Counted from the whole stretch's first letter, positions 13,171 through 26,142 are shown. The stretch is 52,371 nt of DNA, filler included, from Porpidia crustulata (GCA_964255105.1; 2 parts of 2 records of this genome joined end to end with filler, not necessarily neighbours in it); one strand, 5' to 3'. Notes: a model not told the origin generated them from the letters alone. Program-made: numbers and translations.

Positions 13171-14993
13171 CTCGAAACTGCCGGTATATAGGAGAAGAGT
13201 CAGTGATTCAAAAACTCAACCTCTATATGAGTTTCAGGGGGAAACGAGTGAAAGAAATATGGCATACCACCACAGACCCACAAATACAAGCGCCACTTAC
13301 GATTGAACGATTTCGTGGGGTTTCGGTTTGGATTTCGGGTTATTCGGTTGAGTATGTGTCTGATGTTGGATATGGTCCACCAAATCTGGCAAAAGGACTT
13401 GTTTGAGTACTGGAGATATCTTGGAATACATATTGAAATATCATTTCCTTCCAACCTACAGCGGAATACGACATTCTTGTTTTTACATACTAGAAACTTT
13501 GTTACCCGTGAATATTGCCTGATTAATAATTAAACGTTCTTCATATGTAAATCTTGTTGATGATTTGTGATTGCTCGCTGTTCAAGAACATTTGCATCTT
13601 CCAGTAGCCCAAAGCCTTGGTCAGCCTTATGGGAAAACCGCATGCTACTGAGAATTACTAAGGTAGATTGAACGTCCTTGGCCATTATCTTAATTCGTCA
13701 ATCGTCAAAATGTCCTTTCCATAAGTTCAGATCGAATTGTACGCAAAGGATCTTGCATCTGCACGTGTAGTGATAGGGGTACCTTTGGGTTGTGTTGAAG
13801 CCTGCAGGAATATAAGCGTAAACACTATTCGCAATATACTCCATCGTCTAAGCGTTCTAGTTTCGATCTTTCTATGAAACTTACTCGGGGGTTACCACTG
13901 GGACCAACTGCAATGCCATCCGACCCATCTATCTGATGTTACGGCAGCTTCAAAGCGCTATCATAATGACCTTCTGCCATTGGTAGAGAATTAAAAAGGT
14001 GCAAGCGATCAAAAAGGCCGTCGAATGAACAAATTCACTGTTTATTACACCCGTTGAGATTGAAGCCGGAAGTTCCCAACTAGGTCTGGGCGAAACCCGA
14101 ATATCCGGACTAGTAATTGATGAGGGATTGGATATCTATTGTCAGGGTAAGTCTTTCAATATATCCTGGTGAAAGGGCTCGGCGAGAAGCTGGGGCGTTT
14201 GTATGAACAATGTCCGGAGAGCAACTCCTAGTGTATCAGGGCAAGCACATGATTTTGAAGACTGATAAATTGCAGTAGCTCGTTCAGCGAAAGCGCCTTG
14301 CGCGAAATAAGGCCAACCCCTGGATATTAGGGGAAACTTATCAGCTCCTAACACCAACCTTCATGCAAACTTGTCTATCAAGATTGGTCGAGAGAATCAA
14401 TCTACACAGAGTCGACTAAGCCCCGTATTGTGAATTCGAACGACGGGATTAGGGACCTTCCTATTCGCGAGAACGTCTAGTCGACTTTGACGGATAGCGG
14501 ACAGCGTCTTGAGCATGCTCGAAGAGAATATAGATCTTTAATGCAACACCAGCACTATTCCGGGCAAAAAGTTTTTCAAATCCCACTCATATCCATACTA
14601 CAACCGCCTTTGGACAGCTCATGGACGGGAATAATTATTCGATCCAGGGCTTAAAGAGACACAAGAAGTTGAGTAGCCTTTCACAGAACGGAGCTGATGG
14701 TCCGGGAGCGGCTCATGCCCAGGATTATCGAAGGGTTGTGACCCCTAAGAGTCCTCCAAAAAGGAGCACAGTGTGCAAGCGCATGGTTGGGGGTGCACAG
14801 AGCATAGGAAGTCAACTTACTGTCTCTTCTGTGCGCATGAGGCGTGATGGAGGGGACATAGGCTCGATTCTAGATAAAAATAATATCCGCAATTCTGAGA
14901 AGGTATCAAAGTCAACCAACACCACATCACGTGGAGCTGACACGATGATGATAGGAAATAAATATTCGGCGTAGGGTTGGCAATTTTCCATTC

Positions 14994-16037
14994 ATGAACC
15001 GCCTAAATGGAAGCCGAAAAATTCCAATGTCATCAACGGATGTTGAAGATCTTCGTAGATTTGGGTATCTGCCAGGTTGCGACAAAAGAGACCCGAACCT
15101 CGTTTTTTCATTCCATAAATCTATGACACAGAACGCCTGCCTGCCGCCGAGTCCCCTTGGTAGAAGCTTTTCTCAATCCACGACCACCGCAGCACGAGAT
15201 GGTCGCACAATTAAGCCCTCCGATTGGGGCGAAGTTCTCTCACTTCAAAAAGCCTTGGAACCAACGCGTCAGAGCTTCAGCGCACTAAATGGCCGTCCAG
15301 CACCTGCGCCTCAGCTCTGGGATAATTACGTTTCCCAGTGGAAAGCTCTTGATAAGCATTCGAAACGTTTCTGGAACGCGGCCAAGCGTCAAGGCCAACG
15401 TCCACATCTAGTAGCGCTGAAACGTTGGTCGGGGCGGATTCAGGATTGGGAGTGTAATCAAGCTTGGATTACGCAGGAGATAGAATGTCCGTATAGATGC
15501 GCACAGCTCGACTCCACTCTCGCGAATCAGCAAGTGCTGCGAGCTCACCAATTCCACGAGAGCGCTGCAAAAGAGCTTCGTCAAGCATTTGATACAGATC
15601 ATTATGAGCTCAAGGAAGATACTTCAGTGAGAGGTCTGCCCCAAGAGATAGAAGTCATCGAGCCTATCAAAGACATATTGGCAGATTCCGTGTCAAAGGA
15701 TCCACAGGCCTTTGCATCATGGCTCGCCACCAAGGGAGCAGAGCACTACAGTCAATATGCTCAGATGCAACACAGTCTATCCTGGAAAGATTTCAGCTCT
15801 TGGTTGGCTCCATCTCGGTATGAATATGAATCAAATCCTGGGAAGGCGTTGAAGCCGGGACGTATTTATCGGGCCTCCGCGTTCGATGATCAGGCCCCGA
15901 TTGCGAGTATTGAAGAGGCGTATAGGGAAGTTATTAAAATAGTGAACGCAATTCGGACCAGAGACGTTTTCATGGGAACGAATGGCAAACGAGAAATTCA
16001 GGAAGCCAATGCGATCCAGCAGAAAATCCGAGATTAA
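14994..16037 (+). CDS. Orphan family copy 4 (domain B plus a unique C-terminal region); 5' part uncertain or decayed
   Basis: 347-aa ORF containing DGRTIKP..LQKALEPTRQSF..NYVSQWKAL..FW..PHLVALKRWSGRIQDW, the same residue pattern as domain B. Upstream ORF 14621-14974 is in a different frame and may be a broken N-terminus. Confidence 0.6.
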   Translation: MNRLNGSRKIPMSSTDVEDLRRFGYLPGCDKRDPNLVFSFHKSMTQNACLPPSPLGRSFSQSTTTAARDGRTIKPSDWGEVLSLQKALEPTRQSFSALNGRPAPAPQLWDNYVSQWKALDKHSKRFWNAAKRQGQRPHLVALKRWSGRIQDWECNQAWITQEIECPYRCAQLDSTLANQQVLRAHQFHESAAKELRQAFDTDHYELKEDTSVRGLPQEIEVIEPIKDILADSVSKDPQAFASWLATKGAEHYSQYAQMQHSLSWKDFSSWLAPSRYEYESNPGKALKPGRIYRASAFDDQAPIASIEEAYREVIKIVNAIRTRDVFMGTNGKREIQEANAIQQKIRD

Positions 16038-16650
16038 GCATTTCATAGGGCGTGTACATCGTACCTCGGATCGATGAGATTATGTTAGATGCCTCGTTTG
16101 ATTCGGACTGCCATTTTCATTTCCATAAAGCTAGACGACCAAGGCGATGGTCAATGCGCAGCACTAGTGGTTGCGATAGGTCTATGAATGGATACTCCAA
16201 AGTATGCCAAAATTCTCAACTCCTAGGCTCACCGAGGCCGACCATATGCAGTATGCAAGAGTTCCATACTAGAGTATAGGACTGGTCTTGGCCTGCTTTG
16301 TTTCGAACATCAGTCCTCGAGGCTTTAAAAATAGTAAAACGTGAGTTGATATCACTTGAGGGCGCACTCCTTGTTCCGTTTGACGAGGCTTAGGTAGAAT
16401 AAAAGATTGCAAAAACTAGACCTCCCATGCACATAGCGTTACCCTCTCGACCTTGAAGGCATGATTGTTCGGGTTATGAAGTTTGTCTGAAAACCGTAGG
16501 GCCGACGGCATATTACTGAGATACCCGCGCGCCAAATGCTAAACGCACTTGATCGTACAATATTTGCAGCTCTAGGAAACACGGCTGTCCTGATATATCC
16601 ATGAAGTAAGCATATCCTCCCAAAACGATGACGCAGTATCTGAATGTAGC

Positions 16651-18240
16651 ATGGATACCGAGCATCCTAACAAGTGGACTCCTACGTCGACTGCGTCCTT
16701 GATTCTCCCAGCGGCGTCTCAAAATCTCTCAAAAACACTCTCCTCTTTGGATCACACTACGCTCTCAATCACCAATCGTCTAACTTCTATACAACATGAC
16801 TCAATCATTGTACAGAAAATTGCCGAGCAATGTAGCCTCCCTCTCGTTGCAAATGAACGCTGTGGAAGCTGGTATATACCACCCGAACTCAAAGCAGGCA
16901 ATGTGTATTTCAAGAGCACAGACGGGCATATACTACAATGGAGCTTCAGTACCAGAAGGCTAAATTTGCACGCACTCAGACTCATTGGTGAGCGCCATGG
17001 GTATGGTCAGCACTCTGGATTGGAAATTTAGTGAACTTTGGTCGATGACTGGTGTTACCGACAATCTAGGTGCATCATAATCGACTCCACACGACGTGGG
17101 AAAAGTATGCCTGATGCACTGTCGAAAACAGTCCCTATCTGGTGTACTGTCATCAATCGTCTTCTTTTTGCCGACATGCCTACATCACATCAGCTTCTCA
17201 TACCAGAAGATATTGTCGGACCATCAGAACAGAGTCAGATCGAGGCAAAACTTGATAGTTTTGTTGCTAATGCGAAGGTGCGTGCCGACTTTTGTAGACA
17301 GTCCCTCGAAATGATGGGCTAAGGACTCAGGCTCTACGCCTTGATATCGCCTCTTTGCGATTATCACTTAAGAAACCTATTCGTCCGTCGTGGGTTACGC
17401 CAGCCACCTCTCTACTACTACCCTCCTCTGATTTTGAAGGCTTTCATCCAGTGATTTGCTGCACTGCTTCTCGACGTGTCGAAGGTGCGGAAGCGTCAGA
17501 AAATGGGTACATACAAGGTGCTGGGGACGACAATGAAGCTTGGGCTTGCGGGCTTACGCCACACATATTTTGGCAACACCGGCATCATCTTATGTCTACC
17601 GTCGAAAGAGAACTCCCGGGGCTTATTCGAAGCCTCCTAGACGTCGATCAAAATAGCGCCAAAGGCAGTGCTGCTGTGCCTTTAGACACCGCTCGTACCA
17701 TATCCATTAGTACTCTGGGCTCAGCCGTGTTGCGAGATTTTGACGGTGTAATTATTTGCAGCAACCAAGAGAACATTCTAGAGTCTGAAGCCATCAAATC
17801 TCCTAAAGATGTTCTCAACCTCCAATGCGGGACCGGCAAACTTGGCAGTCGCGCCCTTCGAAGAAAGTTGCCTCTTGTGCCTACATTTGTCTCTGCACTT
17901 ATAGCTCGGAAACAAACTCCTAAAATCCTTGTCATTTGCCCTACTGGCACCGACCTTGCCATTGGAATAGCCTTAGTGCTGCTCTGCCTCTATTTTGACG
18001 ATGACCGTAAGCCTTAACTTACACTACTGCTTCTGTGAAAAACAGGCCCGACTATGCCACATATGACTAACGTGTTCTTCTGCCGTAGGTAATTTTGTTT
18101 CTCATGTACCGGATAATCCAGTTGATAAACAATTCATCCGCCGCCGCCTCGCCTGGATTATGACTGCAAAGCCTGATGCCAATCCATCGCGTTCAACATT
18201 GCAAGCTGTAAACTCTTTTCTCATGAAACGCCCTTCATAG
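16651..18240 (+). CDS. RIT1: tRNA A64-2'-O-ribosylphosphate transferase
   Basis: Motifs LVANERCGSWY, YFKSTDGH, IIDSTRRGKSMPDALSKTVPIW, YIQGAGDD, NPSRSTL. Exons 16651-17000, 17070-17277, 17331-18006, 18089-18240. Confidence 0.95.
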
Positions 18241-20673
18241 GATAGACCCCAACCTCCTAGGAGACTATGAAAGTGGAAGTTTCAGAGATTGGACTAATCG
18301 AGAGGGACTCCATGGCAATTTGAGTGAGCAGCTTGTAACAAATAAATGGATAGTGGAGCTGCAATGCAGCAGGCTTCGATTCAGTAATGTAGGAGCTGTA
18401 CCCAAAAATGGAGGAATGGTCTGCATGGAAATTGAACGACTGGGTTCTCAGCAGTATGTGAATCAAAGCAGGTACAAAATACCGCAAAGCTGTCAATTCT
18501 CTGTAAGCACTCAGTACACACCATGATGGTGTACATAATTTGCACGAGCCCGGCCACTTTCCTTCAGAGTCAATCAACAGAATAGGCACCGGGCACGATG
18601 AATCTCATAACCATTCAGCCTACTGGGTTTGTTTGACCATCGACGTAGCAGAATCCTTCGTGCGCTCGAAGATGATTACAAATAGGGTTGAATTTAAAAG
18701 CGACCAATGTTGTTAAACAGTCCCACAAAGATATGTTACCAACCGTTTCGCGATTTCGTTTAAGACGGAAGTGCCTCCTCTCATATACATTTACAAAAGC
18801 GGGCGCAATGCCTTCCTCGGCAATTCATTCAGAAAACATCTTGTTGAAACAGAAGCACCAATTGTTTTCAATCCGTTCTTAGTTCCAATCATTTGATCGC
18901 AGCTTTCACTGAAATGCATCTTACTTGTCGCTGCTCCCTTACTTTGTCCGTCCACATTGGGTTTCCTGGAACCACTAGACCCACGATAACAACTGAGATG
19001 GCAAGATTCGAGAGGAGGTGCGTGGTGGAGCTTTGGGACGTGATAGAGGAACTTCCGGCTGACGCAACAAATTCGCTTACGTTATTTTAGAGTGGAAGAA
19101 TGCTCGTATATCGCAATCCGCTATTGCACATTAAATGACAAGCATTCGAAGCTCATATCAGCAACATATAGAGGCTGGGAAGCGTTAGACAACACAAAGC
19201 GGATCCGTTTGTTATGTGTAGAACCTCAGAGAGATAGAGGGAGGGCTAGCAGGAAGCTGAATTCTAGGAGGTACGGTATAGTGAACATGCATGAAAGATT
19301 GAGCGCCCTCGATGAAGGTTTGCATGTAGTCTCTCATCTGGAATTCAACACCATAACAGTTTTCTATCTTCTGTGGCCCTCCAATCATAAAGCTTAGCAT
19401 TCCTCGTTGGCTACACCGTGTCACTTCCGCACAGTGAATCTGCCCAAATCATCCTCTCTCTTCCTCTGTAGCAAATCTTTACGCTCCAAAGTGACACTCG
19501 AGCAGCTCAACTCGTCTTGACGTAGGTGACGGTACAACTTCGCCATGTGTGGGACAGAGCCGCACTTGGGCCGCGACTATGGTGCTGACCCTTGCGTTCC
19601 GTCTGCAGCATAGACCTCAAACTCAGTTCTTGGTTGGGAGCCCATTGTCTTTGCGACCACGGGACGCACAGAAGCTTGATTCTTAGTTCATCATGACAAC
19701 GTGGTAATGGGAGGACTTGAGCAGGTGAGAGCAGACCCTGGCGCTCAAATAGGCTAGAAGGTGTCACGATATCGGCCTAGGTGTCGTGATTGTGTTGTCT
19801 AATTACACTAAACAATACTCCGCAAAGTACCTCGCCCGCCAAGATAACAGCCTAAGCAGCGCTAACGATTGGTCTCCCGAGCATTTGGAAGACCCACCCC
19901 ACGATATCGCCCCCAATCTCATCGAGAGGAACAAGATCAGACTATGCCCATCCCTGTACATTGCAGATGCCTAGACGCCTAGTACCAGAAAGGATAGGAT
20001 CAAATTTCACACAATTTGGATGGTTTGCGCAAGCCACGGCTTCCATCCAGGATATGACGAGAAATAATCATGGGTCCAACAGGATGATGACAAGGTAGAG
20101 CGACCGTTATCAAGATGACACACATCAACCTGACAGATTGCACAAGATGTCAAATTCAAATTGTCGTTCCAGACCGAACTTCATACGCAAGGAAGCTGCC
20201 GGTAAGCAATCAAAATATGATTAAAAGAATAAATGATAATCTTATCCTTAGTTATAATTTGACGATTCAAAGGACTTAATATTTCCCCAATCGGACACGT
20301 TCCTTCCCCTCCCCCCGGCTCAGAATCTGAAGCTCTGTGAATGCAAGGCCCGGCTCGGCGAGATCCTGTACGGGTCATTAATTAATCAGCTAAGCATATG
20401 ACATGGATCACTACCAGGCCATCTCGAGCTACACTACCTACCTGGTCGACCTAAGTAGACCCTTCCTAAATAACAATAATGCCAGAACCAAATCTTCCAG
20501 ACATCATCATCTACTCGCTGCTGGACCAACGGTCTCGTGCTTTCTTCCACTTGGTATTGACAGACTGAGCTCCCCGCATCACCACTCCCCCACCTCTCAA
20601 TCGCACCTGCAGCTGGAATATCAACCGAAGCTTCCCCAAAGCTGAATATTGCACCTTTGCAGTCAATTGCATC

Positions 20674-22504
20674 ATGCAGAATGAGTCCCTCCACCCGGAT
20701 GGACCTTCCGCAAGAGCGGAAAACTTTGCACGATCACCAACCAGCGAGAGTGCCCCGAGGCTGAAGGAGTGGCAAGAGGTCACCACGGTTAGCCAGCCGT
20801 CGTCAAGCACCTATGCGCCGTCAATATCCACACAAAAACACAGTCCCGGTAACAATGCCATGCTCACAAATGGCGTTGCCGACTTTTTCAGTCCAGAAAT
20901 TTTCCAAATCGTGCTCCACAACCCAACAACGTCTCACCAACTTCTCAAGTTCAGCCAATCGCGCTTCTGTGGAGAGAATATGGAATTCTTGGACAAGGTT
21001 GGTAATTCTTACATTATGGCCTCAGCCCTCGACGGCATAGCTGATGATGACTCAACTGGAAATAGGTCGATCGCTACAATACCTTACTCGATGAATTGAC
21101 CAAGGTCATGTCCGAAATTTACCGCTCCTTTACTTCCTCCGAAGCTCCACGGCAATTAAACCTCTCCCAAGGTATAATGAAGACGATGAACATGGATATC
21201 AAAGAGACGACTCTTACAACGCTACCTGCGATGGAACTCATCTTCTCAGATGCTCAACAGTGTATAGAAAACGTGCTGGCGACAGACATATACCCCCGCT
21301 TTGTTAAGCATCAGATGACGGTGAGCGCAGAAAGGGCGCTAGCGACGAGTCGAACTAAGTTTGGTGGCTTGGGAGATTGCTTCTGTCTAACAAGCCCCTC
21401 GTAAGAAAATCCAGCATTACAGTTGTACGGTATCTGCGCATGTAGGCTAACGACGTATAGAAAAGCGGACAATCCGATCGTATATGCTTCGGATGGTTTT
21501 GTCAAAGTGACGGGGTATTCCCGATCTGATATTATCCCTCGAAATTGTCGATTTCTCCAAGGGAAATATACAGATCAGTCTTCGGCAAGGCGTATCAAGG
21601 AAGCAGTACAGGCAAATTTGGAATCCGTCGAACTTTTACTCAATTACAAGAAAACCGGGGAGCCGTTCTGGAATTTGTTATATGTTGGTACGGCATCATG
21701 GTTGATTCTCTAAATGTGGATGTCTCAAAACTAAACGAGCTAACGAATGACACAGCACCTTTGTTCAATTCGGAGGGTAAAGTAGCTTTCTTCTTAGGAG
21801 GGCAAATAAACTGCTCAACCACGATACATAATCGCTCCGACATTTTGAGGGCATTGTCCTTGTCTGACGACCCCATCGATGAGAACATAGAGTTCAGCTC
21901 ATCAGCGTCAATCAGCCAAAACGAAGCTGCCAAGAAGCGAGGTTTCTTCAGGAGCCTCAGAATGCGGACTAGCAGTAGCAGAGGCGATGATAGGGAAGCT
22001 GGTATGGAAGCAGAATTGATGCAAAAGATCGAGAAAGTGGACTTCAAGCAGCAGATGAAGATGTTCTACACTGCTTACTCCAAGGTATGGGTAATCTCTT
22101 ATCTGATGGCTACGCCAGTCGTTCAACGCAGTTGCTAACAAAATCTGCTTCGATTTTAGTATTTAGTCCTTGGCTACGACAGTATGTCAATCGAGTTCTA
22201 CTCATCAGACGTGGTCGACATGCTCTTGATTGACCCGAAGAACGATACGACGTTCGTGGGTAACAGCATCTTCAAGGTACTGACGCAATATTCGCCGAAC
22301 ATGCCTCGAGACTTCAAGAACCGAGTCAAAGGGTCATTGAAAATGGGACGGGCGGTGTCCGCGGACATCAGCCTTGCAACGCGGCGCTCCGTGGTCAACC
22401 GAGGCAGCGAGAAGTTCTCCACGCATTGGACGCCGCTCAAGGATGAGCATGCGAATGTGCGATGCGTGGTCGTTCTATTCGCTCCTTTGAACCAGGAGTG
22501 GTGA
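20674..22504 (+). CDS. RGS-LOV-DUF blue-light photoreceptor 1 (BcLOV4-like)
   Basis: Exons 20674-20997, 21066-21400, 21461-21687, 21756-22084, 22160-22504. RGS-like region (CGENMEFL..QLNLS..DIYPRF); LOV domain DNPIVYASDGF..PRNCRFLQG..LNYKKTGEPFWNLL..GGQIN; polybasic KKRGFFRSLRMR helix; PAS-like C-terminus ending HWTPLKD. Confidence 0.9.
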
Positions 22505-24020
22505 TGATTCTGCACTTGGGTGGGACTACTTGGGGGAGGGCGTAGATGTCAGGAGTATGTCTGTTTCGGTTATATGGTCTTTTCAGCGACGATTCTTTCG
22601 ATAACCATTTAATATGTATGGCTGAGGGGGGTATCTCTGGGCGATGCGACTGCATCATCAAGGCCATGCCAAACCATGCGAAGGAAGAAACGACCATCCA
22701 CATCCAGGCCGATGTCCACATTTACTCGGCTTGCGTCATGCATAATACGCAATGCACGTGGGCGGAGTCTTCACCGATCTCCTCCGCTGGAATATGGAAG
22801 ATGTAGCGAGCAGATGCATTCAGGCCCTGGCATGTGCGATCGGAAGCCTTGACCAGGTCTCGGCATGAAACCGCAGATGCACATGTAAAGCCCTTGCGGC
22901 GCGCAGATGTTGGAGATGAGCTACACTCGACCACGAAATCACTCCTGTTGGTACATCTTCCGGGATTGACCGCAGGCAAGATCGACCGATGGCCCGCAGT
23001 GCGACAGTAACTTGCCTTGACTTGTGAACACTCTTAGAGTACCATTGTGTATGGAGAGGAAATATGGGCAAAATGATGGAGCATGCTAATTGGTTGAAGG
23101 GCATAACTCTATCTCCCAATCGAGAGTCTTATGTGTACATGAGTCATCCCAGTCCCCCCGGACCCTGTACGTGCATCGGGGGGACATTGCATTAGTTGAT
23201 TCGGTAATCGAACTTTAATGACTCGCTCATCCTGGTCGTCGGCGCCATTAAGGAATTATTTGATTTTTCGGTGTTCGGGAAGCTCCAGCCTCCAGGACTC
23301 TCCAGATTCAGGGAGTCTAATTCGTATGATATTGCGCGAGCAATGGCTACGGTAGATCAGGGGCAACGGCTGTCAAAACCACGAGGTGGGAAGTTACAGC
23401 GACAACAACGGTTTCCGGTCAATCGTGACGAGGAAATTGATAACGGGGCATATTCCTTGGTGCGTTGGTTCCGACACGCTGCTGTGGCTTTAGCAACATA
23501 ATCTCACGGCAGTCAAGCAGCCATTTGCTGAAGAACAAGAAGAAGAAACCCGATTCAGGAGAACCGGGTTTCTCGTACTCCACGAAATGAGCGGGCCAGG
23601 GGCGAGGGTTAGATAGGGTGTTTATCCACACAACGGAGAAGCTCGCTGCTGTCAAATAACAGTCGATGGCGTTGGGAAGCCATGTGCGAATGATTACCTG
23701 GGCGTTTGACTAGAGGTGATTCAACTGCAGATTGGCCAACAGGGCATATGGCAACTGCAACCGCCGATTGTCGATTTTCCCCAGCTAGCTTGCAATAGTG
23801 CAGTGTTTGGGGAAGGATTGGGGCATTCGCAGGTGGCAGGAGCAATAGATACCCAATTTAACCTTACGAGTCATGTTACATTGATTTCTTGGGGAGTATC
23901 GAAGCGAAACAGATCGACAAGTAAATAATCTTCTAGCTTTACAATCGCTGCTGAGCCTCTATTGCTCTTCCATCTAAACATTGAAGAGGAAGTGGACGAC
24001 TAAAGACTGCTGTGTTATCA

Positions 24021-26142
24021 ATGATTGCTGCTGCAAACCGTCAGAGTGTCGTCATCGACGGACGGCAAGTACCCACGTACAACGGGACCGTGTCCTATCT
24101 GCGTGGTTCTCCAGCATCACCGGATACTGGCGTCCCCTTTGTCACACAACGCGCACGACCGAACTGGCCTGTCGACAATCCGTTGGCGCAAAATCCTCCA
24201 GTCCCGCCGAAACCGTCGGTGTCGCAAAGGGTGGAGGAACAACCACGAAAATCCGGAGAGCGTCAAGTCCCAGCCGTCGACTCGCACCGCCCTCAACCAC
24301 AGGCATCGTTATTCACTTCCCAGACAGCGTAAGTGGGATGAAGAACTTCTTCGAACGCGACTGATTGGTATAATGGGGTAGTCAACAGGATAATTGGCAG
24401 CCACCGAGGCGCACCAATGGCGCGTCCGACTACATCCCTACCCAAAATGGCTCGTTGACGCATACGAACGGAGTGCCCGAGAGTAATCATCCTTCAGCAA
24501 AATTCTCACAACAGAATCCTCCAGAGTCAAAGGATAATGATGGCCGAGGACTTGAAGATCGGTTGGAAGACTTTGATTTGGCAGCACCGATCGAGGATGG
24601 CGGCAAGCTTGAGTCTCTGGAGCAAACCTCCGACTTACTCTTCTCCGGTGCCCATATGGAGACTATCTTTGCTGATCCATCCTTTCTTCTCAAATTCATG
24701 TCATTCCTACGGGCCCATCGACCTCAATCCGTCCCCACTTTGATGTACTATCTCGACGCCAGCAAAGCATTGAAAGCGATTCACTATGCAAATGCAGTTG
24801 CAGCGGCGTTGGAGCCATTACAAGAGCAAGGCTTGATACCTATACAGGAAAATACGAGGAATTTCGAACTGGAGCAGAGGGCGGGGAGGGCATTCAACCT
24901 GCTGGTTCAGGATGATCTGCCAGCCTATGTGACGCTTCTGTATATCCAGGTCGCGAAATCGAACATCAATCCATCGACAATGGCGGGACAGCCGAATGTA
25001 CAGGAGACTTCTGCAGGTTTTGCCGAAGTGTTTTGTTTGACGGATCCTTCTAGACCGGATAATCCTATTGTGTTTGCTTCAAAAGGTATGGTGAGATTGG
25101 TACGGGTGCTAGAACTTGCTAATGATGGATCAGCTTTTCATAGTATGACTCAGTACAACATGAATTATATTGTTGGTCGAAACTGTCGTTTCTTGCAAGG
25201 CCCGAAGACGAATCGTTCCAGCATTGATCGGATACGAGACGCGGTATTGGCTGGAAGAGAGCATTGCGAGGTCATCCTCAATTAGTACGTACTGGCTTCG
25301 ATTGCTGCGAACCTATGCTAATCGACATGCAGTCGCCGCGATGGATCACCCTTCCTTAATCTACTGATGCACGCACCTCTACGAGACGGCACCGGCAAGG
25401 TCAGATACTTCATGGGGGCTCAGATTGATGTCAGCAGCGTGACCGATGTCAGCCCTGAGCTGCAATCTCTACAAAGGATCATTGCGAAAATGGAGCGTGA
25501 GCAGAACCCAGAGGATCCAAAGGCAACCGATGAAGTCGAAGAAAAGAAAGGTGAATTCCAACAACTGGTGGAAACGTTGGATATGCAGGAGTTGAAAGCT
25601 GCTCGGACGTGGCAAGGCCGAATGCTTCAAGAAGGACCTGAAGGATCGATAGATTCGGATGCAGCCAAATGGCAGAAGTCACCATTACATACTAGGGACC
25701 CATCATACGATGTCGTGAAAGATTACAAAGGAACATTGGACAGTCTGTACAATTATGTAGGTTACTGTTCTCCAATTCCGAGTAATTGACTAATCCCTCA
25801 GTTCCTCCTCGTCCGCCCTTATCCCTCTCTACGCATCCTCTTCGCCTCCCCTGCCCTTTCTGGGCCCGGAATCGTCCATGGCCTTGTCATGGATAAATTC
25901 CGCGTCAACTCCCGTATCCGTGACGAACTCTCGCAAGCACTAATCGAAGGCCGCGAGGTCACCGCCAAAGCTCTTTGGATCCCTCACCACAACGAAGAAG
26001 GTACCAACAAATGGATCCACTTCACCCCGTTGTTCGGCAGCAAAGACCAAGTCGGAGCCTGGATGGTCATCCTCGAAGAGTACAACCCCGACAGCCCGCG
26101 AAAGCCGAAACAACAAAACCCCCCCTCCAAACACGCCAACCC
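24021..26142 (+). CDS. RGS-LOV-DUF blue-light photoreceptor 2 (3' end lost in the gap)
   Basis: Exons 24021-24328, 24382-25085, 25134-25284, 25333-25756, 25802->26142. LOV domain EVFCLTDPSRPDNPIVFAS..GRNCRFLQGPKT..LNYRRDGSPFLNLL..GAQIDVS; C-terminal LLVRPYPSLRILFASP..WIHFTPL. No stop codon before the N gap. The RGS-like N-terminus is more diverged. Confidence 0.88.

Noticed and set aside
13880..14974. Possible decayed N-terminal exons of copy 4
   Set aside because: No domain A motif could be recovered in any frame; cannot be modelled with confidence.
18257..20645. Numerous 60-110 aa ORFs between RIT1 and LOV gene 1
   Set aside because: No motifs or consistent splice structure; likely chance ORFs in a long upstream region.
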